Shown: positions 1 through 8,248 of the stretch, one piece after another | Layout of the letters: each line of letters starts with the position of its first letter | Position numbering within the stretch: the first letter of the stretch is position 1 | DNA from: an uncultured Gammaproteobacteria bacterium | Lineage (GTDB): Bacteria > Patescibacteriota > Microgenomatia > UBA8517 | Length of the DNA: 64,000 nt | Assembly: GCA_964422865.1 (NCBI GenBank) | Contig: CAYRCU010000001.1 | Span: forward strand, 5,159-69,158 | Direction: 5' to 3' | Notes under the pieces: model-generated | The model's input: the letters and a program-made list of their open reading frames with translations, nothing else | What the model was told of the DNA's origin: nothing | Database searches by the model: none | Translations under genes and position numbers: made by a program

Positions 1-1
1 T

Positions 2-499
2 GTTAATCACAGTAACTGTGCCGAACTTCACCTGATGTTCTCGAAGATATTGGATACCACGCATGACTAGATTATGTGTTCCTCTTCCGAGTACGTCCAC
101 GCGTACAATGTCATGAATCGGTTGAGGACCATCAATGCTTACCCCTACTCCAAATCCACTTTCACGTAGGAATATCGCCCACTCGTCATCCAGCAGTGTC
201 GCATTGGTTTGAATACTGTGAGATATATGCTGATCTGGACGACGCAGTTCTTCGCAAATCTCAAGGACCTGGCGATAGTAATCGACACCAGGGATTGTTG
301 GCTCCCCACCGTGCCATATGAACTTAACGTTAGGGGCAACTGATAAACATTCATCAATTGCCAAGCGAAGGGTGGATTCATCCATGACATGTACTTCTAG
401 TTGGCTACCGAAATAAAAACAGTACCCACACCGAAGATTACAGCCGGCTGAAACCACCTTCATTACTGGACTAAACATTGGATATAGCCAGCTATTCAT
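2..499 (-). CDS. Radical SAM protein, anaerobic sulfatase-maturase/SPASM-like (5' part; runs off the window)
   Basis: Manual translation from ATG 499: MNSWLYPMFSPVMKVVSAGCNLRCGYCFY...FIWHGGEPT...SIQTNATLLDDEW...GVSIDGP. Contains CxxxCxxC, GGEP, QTN and SIDG motifs; GGAGCAGGA lies upstream. Absent from the ORF track. Confidence 0.9.
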   Translation of the reverse strand, partial: MNSWLYPMFSPVMKVVSAGCNLRCGYCFYFGSQLEVHVMDESTLRLAIDECLSVAPNVKFIWHGGEPTIPGVDYYRQVLEICEELRRPDQHISHSIQTNATLLDDEWAIFLRESGFGVGVSIDGPQPIHDIVRVDVLGRGTHNLVMRGIQYLREHQVKFGTVTVIN

Positions 500-709
500 T
501 TTCCTGCTCCTTATTTAATAGTTAAAAGTGCTATCTGAAGTCTTAATTGTAACTATGGTGGATAAAACAGTCAAATTATAGGTTTTGCTCGCACAGTGGA
601 GCGATTATAGAAAAGCTAATAGACAATAATGTTGTCTATAGCTCTCGATTGCCAAAATTTCCGTTTGCCATCTTTGAGGAGTGGCGAGTGTGAATGTGCT
701 ACTGAAAAA

Positions 710-1541
710 TTAATCTTTGGCAAAGTGTTTGAAGTGCTTGCTTGCTCGGATTATGAGTGGAGAGAGTGCGCCGGCAATACAAATTAGGCCTGCAAAAATA
801 AGGACGAGGGGGAATACTCGGGGACTTTGCGGCTCCGGGGGCGGAGTGTTTTGTTCGTCCTTGGCTGCGAGTATCTTATTTGAGCTGATGTTTTTTTCTT
901 CTTTGGGTTTTTGAGTGGGAGTTGGGGTAGGGATTTTGGTTGGCTTGGAAGACGGTTTTTTTGTTTTAATTACCGGGGTTTGTGTGGGGATTGGAGTAGC
1001 TGTGGGAGTGGAAGTTGGAGTAGGGGTTGGTGTGGGAGTTGAGGTTGGTGTAGGCGTAGGGGTTGGTGTGGGAGGTGGAATATTTTGCTCTCCCGGTGAA
1101 GGTTTTAGTTTCTCTACTGAAAACTCGCCCCCCGTCCGGAATCCTTCCAAAACTTAAATTTTCTTCTGCGTTTTGATATGAATGTTGATCTAGTAAAGTG
1201 TCTTGAGTATCTAAAAGTTTTATTGTTTCGCTTGAGTTATTTAAAGAAAAAGTTGGATGACCATTTCTTGAAACAAGAAGAAAAGAATTAGGGTTTATAA
1301 TGGTGGAACTTGTGTGATCTAGATTGATAATAAGTTTATGATCTTTGTCATCGATCATTTTAAAACCTAAAACATCAATGGACTCGGAACCATTGTTGTA
1401 GAGTTCAACCCATTCATTTTGTTTTTCATCATCTGCATTACCCGGAGGGTTGGGATAGATTTCGTTTATAACTACCTGTGCGAGGGCGGGTTTGGCTGAA
1501 AGAAGAAAAAGAAGAAATATTAAGCCAGCCTTATTGGGCAT
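710..1541 (-). pseudogene. Secreted lamin-tail-domain protein with PT linker and C-terminal membrane anchor, split by a frameshift in a G6 run
   Basis: ORF 966-1541 has a signal peptide and an LTD (VVINEIYPNP, EWVELYN, LNNSSETIKL, SFGRIPDG). ORF 710-1150 continues (GEFSVEKLKPSPGEQN, PT repeats, TM helix). The frames join at C6 1128-1133. Confidence 0.75.
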
Positions 1542-1543
1542 CC

Positions 1544-2740
1544 TCAGTAATTTATATGCAGATAGTAAGTTTCCAAGCCTCCTTCATCGTGCTTCACCCG
1601 AACGTATCTAAGCTGACAACTATTGTAACCCGAATAACTCCCTCTATAGAGAGTTCCTGATTTTACCGCTTTTACTGCGGGGTCGCTTTCGTTATTTATA
1701 TCTATGCCGTTGTGAAATTTATAGATTTTCCCTACCCAAGTGTTTTGGACTGCCCATGTGGAGCCGTAGCCTTGTGAGAATTTAACGACCTCGTTTATCG
1801 GCCAATTCCAAGACCCTGTGGGGTTAAAGGGATCTGCCGCTTGGCACTCCCCCGGCCCTGAGCAGTTTTGGTGAGCAATTTCCTTCAAATAGGTGAATGG
1901 ATTTTGGGTATTGCCGTTTTGGACTACCATGAAGTGAACGTGTGAACCACTAGAATTACAGGAAGCGCCTTGAATGATACTTGCTATACGGTCTCCTTCG
2001 TTTACATTCCCCACTTCCGTCTCATCACCGGCCCCCGCGATAATGGCCTGGATTGCTTCATATTCCGCTTTGGCTTGCGCAAGAAGTTCCTGATAGCGTT
2101 TTTCATCATTTTTTGTTACCGAAAGAAGATTGGCTTTTGCTATTTTTTGCGTGTCGAGTTTTTCCTTTTGGGCACCCAGGACTTTTTGCAAACCTTCGAG
2201 ATCTCCTTTTTGGTCTTTGTATGTTGTTTGTGCTTTTTGAAGTCTTGAAAGAAGAGAGTGATCTGCTTCCTGGATTTTTTGAAGGTAATAATATCGGGAA
2301 ACTGCGTTTTTTATATCCGGAGAGGAAAACAAGACGAGTGTAGCTTTACTTAGCCTTGACATCTTGTATGTTTCGACAGCTCTTTGTTCAAAGGCTTTTG
2401 TGAGACTTCCGAGAGAGAGCTCCAGCTGATCTATGCGCCCCCCTAATAGAAGGATTTGTTCTTGGGTGCTTTCAATCTTTGTTTCCGTGAGGGAAATTTG
2501 GGCATTGAATTGAGCTATTTGATTTGAAAGTGTGTTTGCCTTGCCTTTTAGTTCTGCGATTTTTTGCTGATAGTACTCTTGCTGTTTTTCGAGACACTCC
2601 TTTTTATCTATTTCGTTTTTTATGCCGCTGCATTCTACTATTTCAGCGAAAGCGGCTGCTTTAAAAAGAATTGCAAGAAAGAAAACCAATATCAATGAAG
2701 TGAAAATCTTTTTTGTTGATGGCAACATGTTTGTAAACAC
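1544..2740 (-). CDS. Coiled-coil plus circularly permuted M23 peptidase (EnvC/PcsB-like FtsEX partner)
   Basis: Signal peptide, long coiled coil, SGSHVHF and FHNGIDI motifs; directly downstream of ftsEX. Confidence 0.75.
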   Translation of the reverse strand: MFTNMLPSTKKIFTSLILVFFLAILFKAAAFAEIVECSGIKNEIDKKECLEKQQEYYQQKIAELKGKANTLSNQIAQFNAQISLTETKIESTQEQILLLGGRIDQLELSLGSLTKAFEQRAVETYKMSRLSKATLVLFSSPDIKNAVSRYYYLQKIQEADHSLLSRLQKAQTTYKDQKGDLEGLQKVLGAQKEKLDTQKIAKANLLSVTKNDEKRYQELLAQAKAEYEAIQAIIAGAGDETEVGNVNEGDRIASIIQGASCNSSGSHVHFMVVQNGNTQNPFTYLKEIAHQNCSGPGECQAADPFNPTGSWNWPINEVVKFSQGYGSTWAVQNTWVGKIYKFHNGIDINNESDPAVKAVKSGTLYRGSYSGYNSCQLRYVRVKHDEGGLETYYLHINY

Positions 2741-2761
2741 TATCTTACAACAAAAGGGGAA

Positions 2762-3679
2762 TTACTTTGTTACTTTTATAGAGCGAGAGACTGCGGTAAG
2801 GCTCCCCAGGAGAGCTATTAAAATTCCCACAATCAACTCCACTGCTAAAATTGCCCCTAAAAGGAGGAAGAATTGGACAGTATCTTTTGGCAGAACCGGT
2901 ATTTCACCAAAATAGGTAAATATTGAGGGGGTGGCATACATTACAAGAACGGAAGCCATGAGCCAGCCGAAAAATACACCTATAACAACATAGTTAATTG
3001 CCTCAAAGATAATTGGTGCGCGGATGAACCAAGTGCCCGCGCCGATAAGAAACAGGTTTTCAATTTCCTTTTTCTTGGTTGCCACTCTCATGCCTATTAC
3101 AACCATGAGAACCAACAGTGATGTAAGAATAAGAACCGAGACTGCAATTGCTCCCCCATAGCGGATGTAATTTGTGACACTTTTTAATCTTTGAACTACT
3201 TCGTCCAGGGAAGACTCTCCTCCGATGTTTGCCGTGAAGCTTACGCTTTCTACTATTTCTTCGTCTTTGATTTCGTTGATTACTTCTTCAACAAGCTTTA
3301 GGTCGCTGACGGAAAACTCCAGGCTCTCCGGGAAAATGGACGGGCTTACAAGCTCTCGGAGCAAGGGATTGTCTGATGTGGCTTCTTTGTAAAGATCCAG
3401 TGCTTCTTCTTTTGAAACGTGGGTTACGGACTCAATTCTTGAGTCTTCTTCCAGCTTTTTTTTGAGGGCTTCTACTTCTTCCGTTTTTGTATCGGGAGCA
3501 ATGAATGCTATTACCTGAGGGCGTGTTTCAAAATAGACAAGAAGCTGGTGCGAGGAATAAACAACTATGGCAAGAAGGGTTGTTACAAAAAAGGAAATTA
3601 ATAAAACGGAGATTGCGGCCAGGGCCTGGAAAGGGGCTCTGCGCATTGACTCAAAACTGGTTTTTAGGTGAGTTTTCAT
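2762..3679 (-). CDS. ftsX: Cell division permease FtsX
   Basis: 4-TM topology, SKEEAL, NPL and LIGAGTWFIRAP motifs; overlaps ftsE. Confidence 0.9.
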   Translation of the reverse strand: MKTHLKTSFESMRRAPFQALAAISVLLISFFVTTLLAIVVYSSHQLLVYFETRPQVIAFIAPDTKTEEVEALKKKLEEDSRIESVTHVSKEEALDLYKEATSDNPLLRELVSPSIFPESLEFSVSDLKLVEEVINEIKDEEIVESVSFTANIGGESSLDEVVQRLKSVTNYIRYGGAIAVSVLILTSLLVLMVVIGMRVATKKKEIENLFLIGAGTWFIRAPIIFEAINYVVIGVFFGWLMASVLVMYATPSIFTYFGEIPVLPKDTVQFFLLLGAILAVELIVGILIALLGSLTAVSRSIKVTK

Positions 3680-4347
3680 TTTTTCTTTTTTACCGTGATT
3701 TTTGTCAACTTTCCTTTATCCAATTCTATTACTTTGGTTGCATGCTTTTCTATAAGAGATTTATCATGGGTGGCTACAATTATCGTGCGCCCTTCTTCGT
3801 TTATTTTTTTTAGAAGATTCATTATGGAGGAAGTGGTTATTTCATCAAGGTTTCCTGTGGGTTCATCTGCAAAGACAAGCTTGGGGTTAACCACCAATGC
3901 GCGGGCGAGAGCTGCTCTTTGAAGTTCTCCTCCCGAAAGCTGTGAGGGGAAGAGATCCGTGCGCTCGGAAAGGCCAACCAGGGACAGGACATCGTTTACT
4001 CTTTCAAGCCATTCTTTTTTGTGGACTTTTTTAATAGCCAAGGCAAGCTCAACGTTCTCGCGAATTGTGCGTTCCGGAAGAAGTTTGTAGTCTTGGAATA
4101 CCGCGCCGATATTTCTTCTGTGTGAGGGGATGTTTTTCTTTTTGAGAGAGTGGATTTTTTGTTTATTAAAAACTATTTCTCCGGCGGAAGGAGGAAAGCG
4201 GTGAATAATTAGATTTAGGAGAGTGGTTTTGCCGCTTCCGGAAGGGCCGATTATAAAAACAAATTCACCATCTTCTATGTTAAACGATATATCTTCCAGA
4301 GCTTTTATGGAACCGAAGTTTTTGCTTACTTTTTTAAATTCCAGCAT
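3676..4347 (-). CDS. ftsE: Cell division ATP-binding protein FtsE
   Basis: GPSGSGKT, VFQDYKLL, LSGGELQR, ADEPTGNLD; coupled to ftsX. Confidence 0.93.
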   Translation of the reverse strand: MLEFKKVSKNFGSIKALEDISFNIEDGEFVFIIGPSGSGKTTLLNLIIHRFPPSAGEIVFNKQKIHSLKKKNIPSHRRNIGAVFQDYKLLPERTIRENVELALAIKKVHKKEWLERVNDVLSLVGLSERTDLFPSQLSGGELQRAALARALVVNPKLVFADEPTGNLDEITTSSIMNLLKKINEEGRTIIVATHDKSLIEKHATKVIELDKGKLTKITVKKKK

Positions 4348-4361
4348 AGGCAGTAGGGGTA

Positions 4362-4904
4362 TTACTCAATTACTTTAACTCTTCCGACATCCATTAACCA
4401 ACCGGCGTTTTGGGCGGCTAAAGTTTCCCCCCAAACCTGCACTTTTTTTCCGACAAAACTTTGAAGGTCAATCACACTTGATGTGAGGTAGACATATTTT
4501 TGCTCACCTAAATCGCGGTCCAAGTGGTGAGTTCCTTCCCCCTTGATACCACCTTCTACCAGCAAACCTTTGGCTGTGTCGCTGAAAACAGCTTCGTCTG
4601 CAACCATCCCGCTGCTCCCCTTTGCCTCTTTTTCACTAACAATTGGTGTGGGTCCCCCTGAAAAAGCATTTGGAGAACCTTTTTTTGAGAGAAACCAGCC
4701 TGAAACGGAGCCCGCGATAACAACGATTAACCCAATAAATAAAAGAATCAGTGATTTTCGTCTGGGAGTCTTTGTGGGTGAAAAAGATTTAAGAACCGAT
4801 TTTTGAGGAGTTTGTGGTTGAGAAATCGGTTGAGCCGGTTGAGCCGGTTGAGTTGGTTGAGCCGGGGTTTGAATAACTTTCTCCATTACATGACAATATA
4901 CCAT
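4362..4904 (-). CDS. Hypothetical single-TM membrane protein (QP-rich N-terminus)
   Basis: 180-aa ORF with one TM helix; the start may be a downstream Met. Confidence 0.7.
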   Translation of the reverse strand: MVYCHVMEKVIQTPAQPTQPAQPAQPISQPQTPQKSVLKSFSPTKTPRRKSLILLFIGLIVVIAGSVSGWFLSKKGSPNAFSGGPTPIVSEKEAKGSSGMVADEAVFSDTAKGLLVEGGIKGEGTHHLDRDLGEQKYVYLTSSVIDLQSFVGKKVQVWGETLAAQNAGWLMDVGRVKVIE

Positions 4905-4928
4905 TAAAGGGTATTTTGTAACAAGCAG

Positions 4929-5996
4929 TTAGAGCTTTAATTCTGCCTCGATAAATTTATCGAGATTTCCATTTAAAACACCTTCTGTGTCTGATGTTTC
5001 GACCTGGGTTCTTAAGTCTTTAACCATTTTGTAGGGATGCAAAACATACGAACGGATTTGAGTCCCCCAGGTGGCGGGGTGATATTCCCCTTTTATTCCT
5101 TTTGTTTCTTTTTCCTGTTCTTGGAGAAATTTGATCCAAAGCTTGGCACGAAGAAGATCCAGGGCATTTTTTCTGTTTTGTTCCTGGCGACGTTCGGTTT
5201 GTGCTGTTACTGTTAGACCTGTTGGTTTGTGTGTGAGGCGTACGGCAGTACTTACTTTGTTTACATTTTGACCTCCGCTTCCACTGCTTCTGAAAAACTG
5301 CCAATCCAGGTCTTCATCTCTTATTTTTATGTCCGGTGCGTCTATTTCCTCAAGTTCCGGCATGACTTCTACAAGGCAGAAGCTTGTTTGGCGCAGTTTG
5401 TCGGCATTAAAAGGAGACTGTCTTACCAGCCTGTGCGTACCGGATTCATTTTTCAAGTTTCCGAAAGCGTAGCTACCTTGAACTTTGAAAACTACGCTTT
5501 TTGTTCCAGCTTCTTCACCGGGAGTTTCATCCAGAACATCCACTTTCCAGCCGCGACGTTCGCAGTAACGCATGTACATTCGAAAAAGCATACTTGTCCA
5601 GTCCATAGCTTCGGTTCCTCCCTGCCCTGCGTGCAGAGACATTATTGCGTTTTTTGGATCATAGGGATCTGAGAGAAATGCTTTAAGCTCGAGGGCTTTT
5701 ATTGCTTTGTTCAGGGATTTTATCTCTTTTGAAAAATCCTCCTTGGAATTTTTTGAAAGCTCAAGAAGTGTATTAATTTCATCTTGGAGATTTTTAATTT
5801 CGTCAATTTCGTTTTTAAGATCACTTAATTCCTGCATAACTTTTCGTGCTTTGTTTTGATCGTTCCAGAGACCGGGGTCTTGGGACTTTGTTTCTAACTC
5901 CTTGAGACGAACCTTTTTGGAGGGCAGATCGAGCGCTGTGATTATTTTTTCCAGAACACTTTTTAAGTCGGAAATTGTAGTACTACTTGAGTTCAT
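4929..5996 (-). CDS. prfB: Peptide chain release factor 2
   Basis: GGTEAMDW, HRLVRQSPF (SPF motif), GGQNVNKV, QIRSYV; continuous ORF. Confidence 0.97.
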   Translation of the reverse strand: MNSSSTTISDLKSVLEKIITALDLPSKKVRLKELETKSQDPGLWNDQNKARKVMQELSDLKNEIDEIKNLQDEINTLLELSKNSKEDFSKEIKSLNKAIKALELKAFLSDPYDPKNAIMSLHAGQGGTEAMDWTSMLFRMYMRYCERRGWKVDVLDETPGEEAGTKSVVFKVQGSYAFGNLKNESGTHRLVRQSPFNADKLRQTSFCLVEVMPELEEIDAPDIKIRDEDLDWQFFRSSGSGGQNVNKVSTAVRLTHKPTGLTVTAQTERRQEQNRKNALDLLRAKLWIKFLQEQEKETKGIKGEYHPATWGTQIRSYVLHPYKMVKDLRTQVETSDTEGVLNGNLDKFIEAELKL

Positions 5997-6101
5997 TTCA
6001 GTACAAAGTATAACATCTAATTAATAATAAACTACGCACAGCCTAGAGGCCGTGGTATTTTGTCGACAAGTATAGATTTTTGCCAGAGATATTCAATAAA
6101 A

Positions 6102-6608
6102 TTATTCTTCACAAACTTTTGTGACCAGGTGAAGTCTTTCCTGAAGAGTGAGGTTGTTTATGCTTTTTAAGATTTCGTCCACTGATTTTTTCTTTTGAGC
6201 CTTAATATTTATGTCCCTGGTGGATACGCCCAAGGTTTTTTTAAGTTTGTTTTGGCCTGCGTCAAGAACATTGGATATTGGTTTTGGAGCGGATTTCCAG
6301 CCCATAATCTCGGTAAAAACGGTTTTTCCGCTTATAACCAGGAGTGCTTCTATGATTAGGGCCAGAATAAAGCCAAAAAGGATGCCCGGGAGAATTCCCG
6401 AAATGCGCCAGTTTGCGTACCGTCTTCTTAATTGGCCCAGGGTGAGAATTAAGAGGAAAATCAATATGACAACGGCGATTGCTTGGAAAAGGGTGGGTGC
6501 GAAAATGAATCCTCCCGGCAGGTTAATCTGCATATTTGTTTCTGTTCCGACGATTTTGCTTTGAATGTTGTTGGGAAGAGTGGGAATGGAAAAGTTTTTT
6601 GTGTTCAC
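6102..6608 (-). CDS. Hypothetical membrane protein (2 TM)
   Basis: 168-aa ORF co-oriented with neighbours, two hydrophobic helices. Confidence 0.65.
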   Translation of the reverse strand: MNTKNFSIPTLPNNIQSKIVGTETNMQINLPGGFIFAPTLFQAIAVVILIFLLILTLGQLRRRYANWRISGILPGILFGFILALIIEALLVISGKTVFTEIMGWKSAPKPISNVLDAGQNKLKKTLGVSTRDINIKAQKKKSVDEILKSINNLTLQERLHLVTKVCEE

Positions 6609-6648
6609 TGCTTAGATTTTATCTTTGAAGAGGGATTGTTACAAGCTG

Positions 6649-6936
6649 TTACAAGGAGATGGCGGATGTGTCAAGCTCTTTTAATTCCGTTTCCGGGTCT
6701 TCGATAACAATTTCTTCAAGCTCTTTGTCTATAACTTCCGCGTCCAGCGAGTCGGAAACTTCTCCCTCTGAGACAACCGGAGTGGGAACTTGCACTTTGA
6801 TCTCCTTTGGACCGGAGGATTTATTATTTAGTATAAGTGAAGCTGCTAAAACAAGGATGATTAAAAGCGCTAAAATTATGATTATGATTAGTGAGAGTGA
6901 TCCTTTGTTATTCTTCATCTTTGAAACTATTTGCAT
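6649..6936 (-). CDS. Hypothetical protein with pilin-like N-terminal TM (KG-hydrophobic) and acidic tail
   Basis: MKNNKGSLSLIIIIILALLII...; co-oriented. Confidence 0.6.
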   Translation of the reverse strand: MQIVSKMKNNKGSLSLIIIIILALLIILVLAASLILNNKSSGPKEIKVQVPTPVVSEGEVSDSLDAEVIDKELEEIVIEDPETELKELDTSAISL

Positions 6937-7498
6937 TCCTATATTCTTTTGCCGCTTCTACGACTGCTTTGCGGGCCATGGTTATCTGTTCGCGCGTTGA
7001 CTTTAGATCAGCTCTGAGTTCGCCGATTGCAGTTCTTGCGGCTTTTCCCAGATTATCTTCGCTGCTAAAATTGATTACGTAAATTTTCAGGGATTGTGCT
7101 TCTACTGCACTCTCAGCTGTGGCGATTGCTTCTTTTGCAAGAATTACTGCCTCAGTTTCTCCGGACCTGCTTTCAATTTTTGCAAGAATTTTTGCAAGAC
7201 GCGCCAGTATCTTTCTCCACCTTTCGGTCCAATTGCTGTTTATTTTTTGTATGCGCTCGTCAATGTGCTCAATAATCTTTTGTTTTCTTTCGTCTTTTAA
7301 TGTTTTTACTTTTTCGCGAAATTCTTCCCTTTCTTGAAGCAATTGTTGGCGGATTTCTGCGGCATTTTCTTTGCGTTCAAGCCTGTTTTGTGTGCGGACT
7401 TCGCGGATTTCTTCTGCTCTTTGCCTCACCGGGACTTCCACCGTATCGCCCGCCGGCATCATCGAAGTTACAAATAATAAAGCAATTATACCTATCAT
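6908..7498 (-). CDS. Hypothetical secreted coiled-coil protein
   Basis: Hydrophobic N-terminus, charged helical body. Confidence 0.65.
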   Translation of the reverse strand: MIGIIALLFVTSMMPAGDTVEVPVRQRAEEIREVRTQNRLERKENAAEIRQQLLQEREEFREKVKTLKDERKQKIIEHIDERIQKINSNWTERWRKILARLAKILAKIESRSGETEAVILAKEAIATAESAVEAQSLKIYVINFSSEDNLGKAARTAIGELRADLKSTREQITMARKAVVEAAKEYRNANSFKDEE

Positions 7499-7533
7499 TT
7501 TTCTTCACTTGACATTATATACTATTTTTTTTG

Positions 7534-8208
7534 CTATGTGGAAGGGGAGGTTTCTGGGGACGGAGACGGAGTTGGGGTTGGCTTCGGAGTGCCTGAAGGT
7601 GTGGGGGAAGCAGTGGGCTTAGGTGTTGACATACCTTCTCTGGGTCCTGTCAATATTCGTATGTGAATTCCACCCGAGAGACTTGATTTTTTAACTTTTA
7701 CGCTTTTGTAGGTTTTTTCCAGAAGGGATGATACTTCGTCGACTACATCTTCGTCAACATCTCTGTCAAATGTGACTGTTGTTGCAACTTCTTTTTGGGA
7801 ATCTGCGTTTGCGGCTTCGACATCTTCGTACCCTAAGTTTTCAAGCTTAGTCTTAAGAAGGCTTGCTTCCCCTGCGACGCCTGTGCCGTTTAGAACTTCT
7901 ATTTTAATTTCAGCCTTTTTAATGGTTGGCTTGGGAGTTGGGGTTGATTCCGGCTCCAAGTCGAAGCCGCCTAAAACCTCTGACGGGGTTGGGGAGGGGG
8001 AGGTTTCATCGCTACCGCCGCTAAAGCCCCTGATTACAAGGAAGCCTCCTACTAAAATAATTGCTCCTGCACCAATGAGAGCAATTGCCCACTTTATGAA
8101 ACTACCTTTTTCTTTTTTGGAAGTTTGAGGGAAACCCACATCTTGGGGGTTTTGCGGAGCCGGAGCGGGTTGCGGTTGTGTTTGAGCTTGTGGGATTTGA
8201 TTTTCCAT
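7534..8208 (-). CDS. LytR C-terminal domain membrane protein
   Basis: IEVLNGTGVAGEAS...LENLGY...NAD...IRILTG LytR_C pattern; TM helix and PT-rich linkers. Confidence 0.8.
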   Translation of the reverse strand: MENQIPQAQTQPQPAPAPQNPQDVGFPQTSKKEKGSFIKWAIALIGAGAIILVGGFLVIRGFSGGSDETSPSPTPSEVLGGFDLEPESTPTPKPTIKKAEIKIEVLNGTGVAGEASLLKTKLENLGYEDVEAANADSQKEVATTVTFDRDVDEDVVDEVSSLLEKTYKSVKVKKSSLSGGIHIRILTGPREGMSTPKPTASPTPSGTPKPTPTPSPSPETSPST

Positions 8209-8248
8209 CTGTGCCGTATGAAACCATATTATAGACTGAAAGTCAAGG

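Noticed and set aside
76-390. ORFs 76-321 (+) and 145-390 (-)
   Set aside because: Shadows of the radical SAM reading frame
614-643. Inverted repeat ATAGACAA-N5-TTGTCTAT
   Set aside because: Could be a terminator or an operator; nothing in the window discriminates, so no functional call
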